Assembly (NCBI GenBank): GCA_030390025.1
Contig: CM059428.1
Location: 17,174,001-17,238,000 of the forward strand
Length of the DNA: 64,000 bases
Reading direction: 5' to 3'
From: Squalus acanthias
Taxonomy: Eukaryota
The first letter of the stretch is position 1; the number at the start of each line of letters is the position of its first letter. This document shows, in pieces, positions 1 through 11,022 of this stretch. The position numbers and the translations under genes were made by a program. Below the pieces are notes generated by a model. That model did not search any database, was not told where the DNA came from, and saw only the letters and a program-made list of their open reading frames with translations.

Positions 1-269
1 ATTTAATGCTTCTCAAAGTTGTTTGGGAAATTGTAAGTCATTTTGATTGTGTATTGTTATTGTAACCGGAAATATGCAATCCTTAACCACTGCATCAGGC
101 TATGTAATTTTCCTTATCCGTTAGCCTGATGTAAAATTTAAGTGCAGATTAGTTCAGCCGAGTCAGATCCTGTTAAGTGCAGAGCATTGATTGTAATGGT
201 ATCGCTTATGTTTTATGTCTATCATAGAATCGTATAGCACTCGACGCAGTGTGCTCATTTAGTACCTCA

Positions 270-760
270 GCCATGCCCTCTGCCTCCACAAGATGATCTG
301 CTTTTGGTCCCTAATCGCCATCACCCTTTTTTTGACTACCCTTTTACCACTTCTACGTTTTATAGAAGACTTTAGTGTTCCCTTTTATGTTACCGCCAAT
401 CTTTTCACATACACCCTCTTTTTCGGTTCTCCTCTGCACTTTCTGTATTCTGCTTGTCCTTTCCCATAACTACTATAAATCTAATATTGTGATCATTGTT
501 TCCCAAATGCTCTCCCTCTGAAACCTGTTCCACTTGCCCCACTTCATTCCCCAGAACTAGACCCCACACTGCTTCCTTCCTTGTTCTGCTGGAAACATAC
601 TGATCAAGAAAGTTCTCCTGTACGCATTTTAGGAATACCTCCCCCTCCCCCAGTCTATATTAGGATAATTGAAGACCCCTATTATCACTGCTCTATATTG
701 GTTTTACGTCTTTCTGAAATATGCTTGTAGATTTGCTCTTCTATCTCCTTCCCAAATAGA
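270..760 (-). mobile_element. Decayed CR1 LINE fragment (endonuclease-side ORF2), approximate
   Basis: Reverse strand resembles the CR1 EN region seen at 24775-25700. Confidence 0.5.
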
Positions 761-1109
761 TATGGGTCATAGCTGAATTTGAAACTTTATTTGATGGAAT
801 CTTACTGTTGCTTGCTTCACCACCCTTTCCAGATGTTATCAACTGCAGCTTTCTCTTACGAATTATTGCCGGTGTATGAAAATAAAGGATTGGGAACAGA
901 CCAGCTGGTCTGTTAACCCTATCCTATACTGTCATAGTGTAACTTTTGCACACCATAACCTCCATCCGCCTGTCCACCAACCATGCAATCTCATGGGATA
1001 GATGAAAAAACCGTAGGCCAATTTAGAAAAATAGACTCTGGGAAATTCCACTCTTCACCTGAAGGTGATCAAACTAGTTCCAAGAGACCACAGTGACTGG
1101 GAAACGCAT

Positions 1110-1320
1110 TGAACATAAATAGGAGCAGGAGTAGGCCCTTTGAGCCTGCTCCGCCATTCAGTAAGATCATGACTGATCTTCAACCTCAACACTACCTTCC
1201 TGCACTATCCCCATATCCCTTGAGTCCCTTAGTATCCAAAAATCTATTGATCTCTGTCTTGAATATACTCAATGACTGAGAATCCACAGCTCTCTGAGGT
1301 AGAGAATTCCAAAGATTTCT
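1110..1320 (-). mobile_element. CR1 LINE 3' end
   Basis: GAACATAAATAGGAGCAGGAGTAGGCC...GAGCCTGCTCCGCCATTCA, the same tail as the V-SINEs. Confidence 0.7.
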
Positions 1321-2320
1321 CCCCCACCCACTTGCTTTTTATATGTAAATGTTGGCTACATTCAGGAGCTCATCCAGCTCCCCGTTTGACTGCCTGCAGT
1401 GGATCTGCTGCATGTACTGGGATGTTCTATAGGTCAATGAGTCCCTGAACAGAATTAGCTCCTGATATCTAACCTAGTTCTATGTTTGCCTATCTTGTAC
1501 CACTATCCCCTGGTCTTCCTGAACCTATCTAGCTTGAATAGCCTATCCACATGGACTGATGCTAATCTTTTCATTATTTTAAATATATCAATCAAATTAA
1601 TTCTATGCTTTAATAAACAGCCTCCGCTCTCTGTCTGTTGTATCTAACAGCCTTTTAAGCTAGGTATGGAGCTAGTGGCTCTTCTCAGAGCCTTTTCTAG
1701 GGCTTCTGTCACCCACCATATGAGGACCAAAGCTGTGGACACTATTTTTATATTTAATCATCCTGGCAATAAATCCTAGCACACTCTTTGCTTACTGGTC
1801 ATAGACCTTCAAAGCTTCCCATACTAACACCCAGGATTTTCTCAAGTTCAACAGCCTTGAGCATACAGTCTTGCATAGTGCACATATGCCTGGTGTTACT
1901 CCTGCCCATGTGCATAATACATTTATCTATATTAAATTACAGCTGCCAGCAGTGTTCCCTCTAATTTTCTTTTGGTGCGTGGCTGTGCATGTGCGGTCTC
2001 TTTTCTAGCGGCAGCAGCTGGTGAGTGGCCTGTGTGGGACCTCCCAATTGGTGCACAGCCGCACAACTTTAGGGGGAACGTTGGCTGCCAGATGTGGGCC
2101 CACTTCTCCATCGCATCTAGATCTTCCTGTAATATATTATTCTCTCAGCTCCTTACACATGCACATATCTTTGTATCATCTGCGAACTTGCAGATCATTC
2201 CCCTAATGTCTTCATCCAAATATTGATAAAGATGAAGAGCAATAGTCTGAACACTGAACCCTAAGGGACTCCCTTACTAACAGCTCCCCAAGGAGAGCTG
2301 CCACCATTAATGACTATCTC

Positions 2321-2510
2321 AAATACAAAAGGAAAATACTGCGGATGCTGTAATGACTATCTCTGTCTACGGGAATGCAACCAATTCCTTGTCCAACCCA
2401 AAAATCTGTCATAAAAACAGAAAATGCTGGAAAACGCTAAGCATGTCGGACAGCATCTGTGGAGAGGAAGAGTTACCGTTTCAGGTCGATGACCTGTCAC
2501 CCGAATCTGT
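2321..2510 (-). mobile_element. Older PLE family 1 tail with decayed hammerhead, interleaved with CR1 sequence
   Basis: AAAACAGAAAATGCTGGAAAA...CAGCATCTGTGGAGAG...GTTTCAGGTCGATGACCT resembles 3975-4070. Confidence 0.65.
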
Positions 2511-2664
2511 CTGCTGATCCCACAGGACTCGACCTTATTAACTAGCCTATTGTGTGCCGCCTGGTCGAAGGACTGTTGAAAGTCAAGATATACAATTTTG
2601 ACGGGACTGCGTACATCTACCACCCTAGAAACCGCCTCAATAAATTCAACCAGGTTGGTGAGGT

Positions 2665-2870
2665 ATGAACAAAAAACAAAATATTTCAGTTGCTGGAAAT
2701 CTGAAACAAGAACCGAAGCGCTGCAAACCCTCAGCACGTTGCGCAGCATCTGTCGAGAGAATACAATTCTACATTTCGGCTACGAAACCCTTGGAACTTT
2801 CTGTTCCTGAAACGTTGGTTTGTTCTCTTGACAGATGTTTAATATTTGCAGTGTTTTCTGTTTTTGATGA
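2665..2870. mobile_element. Old, diverged PLE-tail fold-back element
   Basis: TGCTGGAAATCTGAAA...GCAGCATCTGT on the left and CCTGAAACGTT...ACAGATG...GTTTTCTGTTTTT on the right. Confidence 0.55.
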
Positions 2871-4035
2871 AGTATGACCTTTTCCAAAAAGCTATGTTGA
2901 GATTCTGTAATAACCTTTCCTCTGTCAAGGTGGTCATGCAGATTATCTCAAATGATCCCTTCTAGCTTATACTGGTCAAACGAATGGGCCTGTAAGTTCC
3001 TGGTTTTTACTTATTTCCCTTATTAAATATTGGTACTACTTAGGCCTCTCTCAGTCCATGGAAACAATCCCAGACCTCGGCAGTTAAATAAGATGAGCAA
3101 GAGGATGTTTCCAGGCCTTGCCCTGCTTTGTCATTTTCAAGAGTGATCAATCTGCAGAGTGCAGTTAAAATTTGAATTCCTAAGCTAAATTTACAAATAC
3201 TTTTACTCAATTTTAACCAAAGTTCAAATATGTCCTGTGCTTCAGAGCTGTGCATGTGCTCGTTTACATATTTGTGCCTGAGTAACTTGAAATGTTGAAA
3301 GCACTTTATTTTTGTGATGTAAAACAAAGTGTTAACTAGCTTTTTGTGCAATTGATGTATAATATTGATGAGCACCAGTGCAGTGTGAGACTACCAGTGC
3401 ACTATGAAAGTGACCTATTTCATAACTCAGTGACCAGGACTACGTTACCATACTCCTTTCTAATCAGTTCCTCCAAACATAAGCAATGGTGAATCATGCA
3501 CTGTAGCACTATTTTATTTTCGAGTCTTCTAGGCAATTCTTTAAAGTCCTTTTTAATATAGGTGCGGTTTATTGTAAGTTCGTTCGACACCCACACCCAA
3601 ATTGTCAGAGGTCCCTGTTCCTGTTTTTGTAATGGCCATGTGCCTTCATCATCTTCCCTGAACCCTTACCATGCAAGACCTTGTTCTGATGTTGCAATTT
3701 GCTCTGTAGCTACTGTGAAAGAAAATGTTCATATTGTTAAATTAGTAGCTTACGATCTTAACTTTTTTTGTTAAATTTCTAGTAATTCCAGGAAAGCTCT
3801 GCTCTGCTTATCAGAAACTTCAGTGCTGCAAAAGCACATCACCTAGTGTTGAAATAACTGTCAGTTAATAGAGAGGAAAATTCGATCCTGGACTTTGTAC
3901 TGAAAGCCATGCAAACTGGTGGAGCTTGAGACTAGTCTACTACATGCTAGAATCCACCCTGTAGCATTGGAAATAACAACAGAAAACGCTGGAAAAACTC
4001 AGCAGGCCAGGCAGCATCCGTGGAGAGAGAAAGAG

Positions 4036-4072
4036 AGTTGACGTTTCAGGTCGATGACCTTTCATCAGAACT
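4036..4072 (-). ncRNA. Hammerhead ribozyme motif, identical copy in the inverted arm
   Basis: Exact reverse complement of 8009-8045. Confidence 0.85.
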
Positions 4073-4347
4073 GGGAAGAGCTGGAAATCAAATAGATTTA
4101 AGGCCAGGGTAAAGCTGGGAAAAGGGGGAGGGGATAAAGGAACAAAAGAGGAGATGAAGAGACATTAAGAGACATTAAGAGATATGCAAGGCTAGAGGTG
4201 GTGTTAATGTGACAGATTAAGGCTGAATGAAGTGTGAAATCTACTGGCAGAATGAAGGACAGCTGCCAGCTTCTAGGAGGAAAAAAAAGGTGGGGGGACA
4301 AATAAAAGGGTGGATAAAATAAAATATAAATGTGATTGGAGCTGAGG

Positions 4348-5427
4348 TTATGATCTAAAATTGTTGAACTCGATATTGAGTCCAGAGGGCTGTAGCGTGC
4401 CTAAACGAAAGATGAGGTGCTGTTCCTCGAGCTTACGCTGAGCTTCCGTGGAACAGTGTATTAGGCCGAGGACGGTGAGGTCAGAGTGGGAGTGAAGCGG
4501 TGAATTAAAGTGACAGGCCACCGGGAGCTCGGGGTCCCCCTTACGGACTGAACGGAGGTGTTCCGCAAAGCGGTCACCCAATCTGCGTTTGGTCTCCCCA
4601 ATGTAGAGGAGTCCACATCGTGAGCAGCGAATACAGTATACTAAATTGCAGGAAGTACAAGTAAATCGCTGTTTCACCTGGAAGGGGTGTTTGGGGCCCT
4701 GGACAGTGGGAAGAGGGGAGGTATAAGGGCATGTGTTGCATCTCCTGCGCGTGCACGGGAAGGTGCCGGGCGAAGGGGAAGGGGTGCTGGGGGTGGTAGA
4801 GGAGTGGACTAGGGTGTCGCGGAGGGAGCGGTCCCTGCGGAATGCTGAAAGGGGAGGTGAGGGGAAGATGTGTTTGGTGGTGGGATCACGCTGGAGGTGG
4901 CGGAAATGGCGGAGGATGATCCGTTGAATGTGGAGGCTGGTGGGGTGAAAGGTGAGGACAAGGGGAACCCTATCGTGGTTCCGGGAGGGAGGGGCAGGGG
5001 TGAGGGCAGATGTGCGGGAGATAGAACGGACACGGTCGAGGGCCGTGTCGACCACGGTAGAGGGGAATCCTCGGTTGAGGAAAAAGGAAGACATGTCGGA
5101 AGCACTGGTATGGAAGGTGGCATCATCAGAGCAGATGCGGCGGAGACGGAGAAACTGGGAGAATGGAATAGAGTCCTTACAGGAGGCGGGGTGGGAGGAA
5201 GTGTAGTCCAGGTAGCTGTGGGAGTCGGTGGGCTTGTAGTGAATGTTAGTCAATAACCTATCCCCAGAGATGGAGATGGAGAAGTCGAGGAAGGGAAGAG
5301 AAGAGTCGGAGATGGACCATGTGAAGGTGAGGGAAGGGTGGAAATTGGAAGCATAGTGAATGAAATGTTCTAGTTCAGGGCGAGAGCAGGAGACGGCACC
5401 GATACAGTCATCAATGTACCGGAAAAA
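4348..5427 (-). pseudogene. Inverted duplicate of the C-terminal PLE ORF (from FFRYIDD through the GIY-YIG domain), no ATG of its own at the junction
   Basis: Translation identical to the C-terminal part of the 5360..7732 ORF; the ORF-track start at 5445 is a TTG in the spacer. Confidence 0.9.
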
Positions 5428-7732
5428 TGAGGTCAAGGATCGCAAGCTTCAACAACTCTTGGACACTAAAGCCCCTCCGGAACCTTCTTCCCCTTCACTT
5501 TCCTCTGACCCCCCTTCTCCCAATCTCACCCCCTGCCGCGTTTTCACTATCCCCTCTGACCTTCCCCTCTCTGACTCCGAACGATCAGTCCTCAGCAAAG
5601 GCCTGAGCTTCATCCCCTTACGCCCCCATCTCAATGAATTTCGAGCTCGGCACGATGCTGAGCTCTTTTTCCGCCGCCTCCGTCTCCGTGCCCACTTCTC
5701 TGGCCAGGAGTCTTCCCCCCGCACGGCTGACCCTTTCTCCCGCTTTCAGAATTCTCGTTCCACCTGGACCCCTCCCTCTGGCCTCTTACCCTCTCTTGAT
5801 CTTTTCATTGCTAACTGCCGCCGCGACATCGGCCAGCTCAATTTCTCTGCTCCCCTCACTCACTCCAACCTACCTCCCTCTGAACTTGCAGCACTCCATT
5901 CTCTCCGATCCAACCCTGACATTGTCATTAAACCTGCTGACAAGGGTGGCGCTGTTGTTGTTTGGCGAACCGACCTCTACCTAGCGGAAGTTGAACGCCA
6001 ACTCTCTGACACCTCCTCCTACCTCCACCTGGACCATGACCCCACTACCGAACATCAAGCCACCGTGTCCAAGACTGTCACTGACCTCATCTCCTCTGGA
6101 GATCTTCCCCCCACGGCCGCCAACCTCATAGTTCCCCAACCCCGCACAGCCCGCTTCTACCTCCTTCCCAAGATCCACAAACAGGACTGCCCCGGTAGAC
6201 CCATCGTTTCAGCCTGTTCTTGCCCCACGGAACTTATCTCTTCCTATCTCGACTCTATTTTTTCTCCCCTTGTCCAGTCTCTTCCCACCTACATCCGCGA
6301 CTCTTCCGATGCCCTCCGCCATTTTAACAGTTTCCAGTTTCCCGGCCCCAACCGTCTCCTCTTCACTATGGACGTACAATCCCTCTACACCTCCATTCCC
6401 CACCAGGATGGCCTGAGGGCGCTCCGCTTCTTCCTTGAACAGAGGCCCAACCAGTCCCCATCCACCACCACCCTCCTCCGCCTGGCTGAACTTGTTCTCA
6501 CATTGAACAACTTCTCCTTTGACTCTACCCATTTCCTCCAAATTAAAGGTGTTGCTATGGGTACCCGCATGGGTCCTAGCTATGCCTGCCTTTTCGTGGG
6601 ATATGTGGAACACTCTTTGTTCCAGTCCTACTCGGGTCCCCTCCCTCACCTCTTTTTCCGGTACATTGATGACTGTATCGGTGCCGTCTCCTGCTCTCGC
6701 CCTGAACTAGAACATTTCATTCACTATGCTTCCAATTTCCACCCTTCCCTCACCTTCACATGGTCCATCTCCGACTCTTCTCTTCCCTTCCTCGACTTCT
6801 CCATCTCCATCTCTGGGGATAGGTTATTGACTAACATTCACTACAAGCCCACCGACTCCCACAGCTACCTGGACTACACTTCCTCCCACCCCGCCTCCTG
6901 TAAGGACTCTATTCCATTCTCCCAGTTTCTCCGTCTCCGCCGCATCTGCTCTGATGATGCCACCTTCCATACCAGTGCTTCCGACATGTCTTCCTTTTTC
7001 CTCAACCGAGGATTCCCCTCTACCGTGGTCGACACGGCCCTCGACCGTGTCCGTTCTATCTCCCGCACATCTGCCCTCACCCCTGCCCCTCCCTCCCGGA
7101 ACCACGATAGGGTTCCCCTTGTCCTCACCTTTCACCCCACCAGCCTCCACATTCAACGGATCATCCTCCGCCATTTCCGCCACCTCCAGCGTGATCCCAC
7201 CACCAAACACATCTTCCCCTCACCTCCCCTTTCAGCATTCCGCAGGGACCGCTCCCTCCGCGACACCCTAGTCCACTCCTCTACCACCCCCAGCACCCCT
7301 TCCCCTTCGCCCGGCACCTTCCCGTGCACGCGCAGGAGATGCAACACATGCCCTTATACCTCCCCTCTTCCCACTGTCCAGGGCCCCAAACACCCCTTCC
7401 AGGTGAAACAGCGATTTACTTGTACTTCCTGCAATTTAGTATACTGTATTCGCTGCTCACGATGTGGACTCCTCTACATTGGGGAGACCAAACGCAGATT
7501 GGGTGACCGCTTTGCGGAACACCTCCGTTCAGTCCGTAAGGGGGACCCCGAGCTCCCGGTGGCCTGTCACTTTAATTCACCGCTTCACTCCCACTCTGAC
7601 CTCACCGTCCTCGGCCTAATACACTGTTCCACGGAAGCTCAGCGTAAGCTCGAGGAACAGCACCTCATCTTTCGTTTAGGCACGCTACAGCCCTCTGGAC
7701 TCAATATCGAGTTCAACAATTTTAGATCATAA
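5360..7732 (+). CDS. PLE reverse transcriptase / GIY-YIG endonuclease ORF (790 aa; first ~23 aa come from the inverted arm)
   Basis: PLE motifs LSKGLSF, IKPADKGG, LPKIHK, GRPIVS, MDVQSLYT, GVAMG, FRYIDD, LPFLD; Cys linker CTRRRCNTC; endonuclease LVYCIRC...LYIGET...RFAEH; no internal stops. Confidence 0.93.
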   Translation: MKCSSSGREQETAPIQSSMYRKNEVKDRKLQQLLDTKAPPEPSSPSLSSDPPSPNLTPCRVFTIPSDLPLSDSERSVLSKGLSFIPLRPHLNEFRARHDAELFFRRLRLRAHFSGQESSPRTADPFSRFQNSRSTWTPPSGLLPSLDLFIANCRRDIGQLNFSAPLTHSNLPPSELAALHSLRSNPDIVIKPADKGGAVVVWRTDLYLAEVERQLSDTSSYLHLDHDPTTEHQATVSKTVTDLISSGDLPPTAANLIVPQPRTARFYLLPKIHKQDCPGRPIVSACSCPTELISSYLDSIFSPLVQSLPTYIRDSSDALRHFNSFQFPGPNRLLFTMDVQSLYTSIPHQDGLRALRFFLEQRPNQSPSTTTLLRLAELVLTLNNFSFDSTHFLQIKGVAMGTRMGPSYACLFVGYVEHSLFQSYSGPLPHLFFRYIDDCIGAVSCSRPELEHFIHYASNFHPSLTFTWSISDSSLPFLDFSISISGDRLLTNIHYKPTDSHSYLDYTSSHPASCKDSIPFSQFLRLRRICSDDATFHTSASDMSSFFLNRGFPSTVVDTALDRVRSISRTSALTPAPPSRNHDRVPLVLTFHPTSLHIQRIILRHFRHLQRDPTTKHIFPSPPLSAFRRDRSLRDTLVHSSTTPSTPSPSPGTFPCTRRRCNTCPYTSPLPTVQGPKHPFQVKQRFTCTSCNLVYCIRCSRCGLLYIGETKRRLGDRFAEHLRSVRKGDPELPVACHFNSPLHSHSDLTVLGLIHCSTEAQRKLEEQHLIFRLGTLQPSGLNIEFNNFRS

Positions 7733-8008
7733 CCTCAGCTCCAATCACATTTATATTTTATTTTATCCACCCTTTTATTTGTCCCCCCCACCTTTTTTTT
7801 CCTCCTAGAAGCTGGCAGCTGTCCTTCATTCTGCCAGTAGATTTCACACTTCATTCAGCCTTAATCTGTCACATTAACACCACCTCTAGCCTTGCATATC
7901 TCTTAATGTCTCTTAATGTCTCTTCATCTCCTCTTTTGTTCCTTTATCCCCTCCCCCTTTTCCCAGCTTTACCCTGGCCTTAAATCTATTTGATTTCCAG
8001 CTCTTCCC

Positions 8009-8045
8009 AGTTCTGATGAAAGGTCATCGACCTGAAACGTCAACT
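8009..8045 (+). ncRNA. Minimal type I hammerhead ribozyme motif (ACGU palindrome class) in PLE 3' region
   Basis: AGUU-CUGAUGA-A-AGGUC-AUC-GACCU-GAAA-CG-UC-AACU: conserved core, 5-bp stem II, 4-bp stem I; predicted cut after GUC (8041). Confidence 0.85.
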
Positions 8046-9178
8046 CTCTTTCTCTCTCCACGGATGCTGCCTGGCCTGCTGAGTTTTTCCAGCGTTTTCT
8101 GTTGTTATTTCGGATTTCCAGCATCTGCAGTATTTTGCTATCGCTGTAGCATTGGAAATGTGCCTGGACAGTTAGTTCTCTGTGCCATTTACTCGATCAG
8201 TGCGAGAGTTAGATATACTGCTGCTGCACTTATATCTTCAGAACCTTTGCCTAGCGTGTCAACCATAAAGCTTCTGCATACGGAGCACTGAGCTGTCATT
8301 TTGAAACTGTTCTACGTGCGCTAAAGTTGGAATGCAGTGTTAGCCACCACTAGTTAGACCCGCTCCAAAAAGCAAATCGGGTGATGTCATTAGGTGTTTG
8401 TGGTTGCCCCATTTTATGCCACCCAGTACATGTATAAAACATTTTCTCTTGCGCTCTTGTTGTATTTGAAGCACAATTGTTTTAAACAGCAGCTGTTCCT
8501 AAAAGAAAATGGGAGTTAAGGTAAGTTTTCATACTGCGCAGGTGGTATCATGCTATCAAACTAATACCAGATGCTGAGAGCCCATGATTAGCCCATCTTT
8601 GTGGAAGCATCACATCCCTTTCCAACAGATAGATGAACTTTTAGTATTTAAAATTTATTGCACTTTTTAAAATTTGCAGTGATTATATTTCTGTGTAGGT
8701 TTATTTTAATCAACTTTGGACTGGTTTGTGAATTACTTTTGAAACATTTTCTTGGGGGGTAGGGGAGGAGCCAGTCAAACACTGCCTGTTTCAGTTGATC
8801 ATGAAGTATCATGACAACACTCAACCACAGAGCAACCAGTCAACAAACACACAGGCAACTAGGCTGCAGGGTTAGTTGACCTTTTGAAATAGAATATGTA
8901 ACTTTACTTTGCAACAGTTATCTACTTTGTATTGCTGTTGTCCTTGGCTGATTTTGTTTTGTGCCCTATCACTGCGTTGTTTGTATACTTCATTATGCAT
9001 TTTTACTTGTTTTGCCCTGAGCATTTTTTATGGCCTTAGACTGCTTTGCCAAAATGTGGCTTTTGTTCCTAGTTATTGGGCCAAGAATGTTGGAATAGGA
9101 CAGATTTCAGAAAAGCGAGTGAACTTCCTGAAGTGAAGTGGAGAGACACCTTGACGTACAGGACTGTAGATCAGAGAT

Positions 9179-9905
9179 GGGGGCCCGTATTTTCCGATCG
9201 GAGGCTTCCTGCGTGCGGAGGCCTCCGATCTGGAAAAAATTTCCGGACTTACCTGAGGGCTCCCGAAGTGCGTATACTTCCGTTCCTGGGCGCCTCCAAA
9301 CTCAATGTGCCGGGCCCACGTATCCCAGGGGCGCAGGCAGTTCGCAAGTGTCCCTGGGATCACATGGGCCATGGGGAGCCAATAGGAGAAGGGAATCTCC
9401 CTTCATATATTTGACAGGTCTATCTGTCAAGTGTATGAATGGAGAGCACCCCAAAAACATTGTAAAACATTAAATAATTTTTTTTTAAATCACATTTTTA
9501 AAATGAGTTGAAATTACAATAAATATATCTTAAACAAATTTAATTTTTTGAAAAAAAAGTTTTTTACGAGGATAAAAAACTTTTTAAAAGTGTTTTTAAA
9601 TGATAAATGGAAAAAAAAAAAACTTTTTTCAACTCTTATGCTGGTAAAAGCAGGCCTTACGCCTGCTTTTACCAGGCATAAGATTTCTAAGGGCTTTCTG
9701 CGGGCGGAGGTTCTCCAGAAAACTGAACTATCTGCCCGCCGAGGCCCTTCTCCTGGGCAGGCGTCCGATCTGTCGAGCATTCTTGACAGATCGGAAATGC
9801 TGGTTTTCAGCGTATGCGCTTGGCATGCCTGAAACCAGCATTTCCGATGTCCCTACGGGTGTGTGCACAGCTCATACACACCCGTAGGCATCGGAATATA
9901 CGGCC
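9179..9905. mobile_element. Non-autonomous DNA transposon (MITE) with multiple internal hairpins; PIF/Harbinger-ISL2EU type inferred
   Basis: Imperfect TIRs GGCCCGTATTTTCCGAT / ATCGGAATATACGGCC, GC-rich palindromic ends, AT-rich centre; second copy at 42406. Confidence 0.75.
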
Positions 9906-10154
9906 TGGGATGTTTTTCTAAGAGGTTACAAAGGTGCAGGATAAATATATACCGTTTTAATAAAAGATACTTCAAGTTTCGGGATGCTGTTAAGAGGTTA
10001 GAAACAAAGTGAAATGGGCATATCCGGGCCTGTAGGAATGATGAGAGAATGCGAGAAAACAATAGGTTGAGCGGGATAAGGAAAGCATAGAGGAAATATG
10101 AGGAGTGAATCTCAAATATTAAACAGTAACGTATTCTGAGAGGAGAGGGAGGTT

Positions 10155-10577
10155 ACATAGAAACATAGAATCTAGGAGCAGGAGTAGGCCATTCGGCCCG
10201 TCGAGCCTGCTCCGCCATTCAATACGATCATGGCTGATCATCCAAATCCAGTACCCTGTCCCTGCTTTAATCCCCACAGTACACATATCCCACCCTACCC
10301 CCGTAACCCCACGTATTTAATTCCCCCTAACATATCCCATCCTATCCCCATAACCCCACATATTTAATCCCCCCTAACACTAAGGGTCAATTTATCATAG
10401 CCAAATCAACCTAACCCACACCTTTTTGGACTGTGGGAGGAAACCGGAGCACCCGGAGGAAACCCACGCAGACACGGGGAGAATGTGCAAACTCCACACA
10501 GACAGTCACCCGAGGTCAGATTCGAACCCGGGTCTCTGGCGCTGTGAGGCACCAGTGCTAACCACTATGCCACCGTG
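10155..10577 (-). mobile_element. V-SINE (shark HE1-like tRNA-derived SINE with CR1-derived tail)
   Basis: Pol III A/B boxes, V-domain GTGGAGTTTGCACATTCTCCCCGTGTCTGCGTGGGTTTCCTCCGGGTGCTCCGGTTTCCTCCCACA, tail TTCTATGTTTCTATGT. Confidence 0.88.
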
Positions 10578-11022
10578 TTAATAGAGGATAAACAGAAATT
10601 GGTGGGAATACTTAACAATGTTTCACATCAGTCTTTATAAAGGAGGATATTGGGACGGAGATAAATTCTGTATTGCTTAAAAGTAAGAGTAGAGATGTAA
10701 AGAAAAGTATTAAAGTAGTTAAGTCAAATGAGAACAAAATGCCAGGACCTGACAGGATACATCCAAAGATCCTGGGGGAAGAAATGGCAGTGGCCCCAGA
10801 AATTATGGCCAATTTAATACCAAATTTCAAAAAGGGAGACCGAACTAACCCAACTAATTACTGGCAAGTTACAAAAACTACTTGTATTTATATAGCACCT
10901 TTTTAATGTAGTAAAACATCCCAAGGCGCTTCACAGGAGTGTTCTAAGACACAAATTTTACACTGAGCCACAAGGAGCAATTAGGGCAGATGGTTTTAAG
11001 GAGCATCTTAGAGGGTTAGAAG

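Larger units (their letters stand above)
1330..3065 (-). mobile_element. Old CR1 LINE RT fragment interrupted by PLE tails, approximate
   Basis: ORF 2357..2749(-) has IVYLDFQQSFD...HNRLVNKV, a CR1 RT motif. Confidence 0.6.
3970..8111. repeat. Long inverted repeat: arms 3970-5427 and 6653-8111 (~1.46 kb), spacer 5428-6652
   Basis: The only difference I could find is one homopolymer length (G6 near 4292 vs C7 near 7783). Confidence 0.95.
3970..8143 (+). mobile_element. Young Penelope-like retroelement (probably Neptune-type), 5'-truncated, preceded by an inverted duplicate of its own 3' end
   Basis: RT plus GIY-YIG ORF. 16-bp TSD CTGTAGCATTGGAAAT at 3959-3974 and 8144-8159. Segment 3970-5427 is the reverse complement of 6653-8111. 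Confidence 0.95.

Noticed and set aside
4574-7506. Paired short ORFs (60-128 aa) appearing twice on opposite strands
   Set aside because: They are alternate-frame by-products of the PLE inverted repeat, not independent genes.
9073-9832. Cluster of 88-112 aa ORFs in the GC-rich repeat (also 42386-43017)
   Set aside because: They lie within MITE copies, the frames are not preserved between copies, and there is no recognisable domain.
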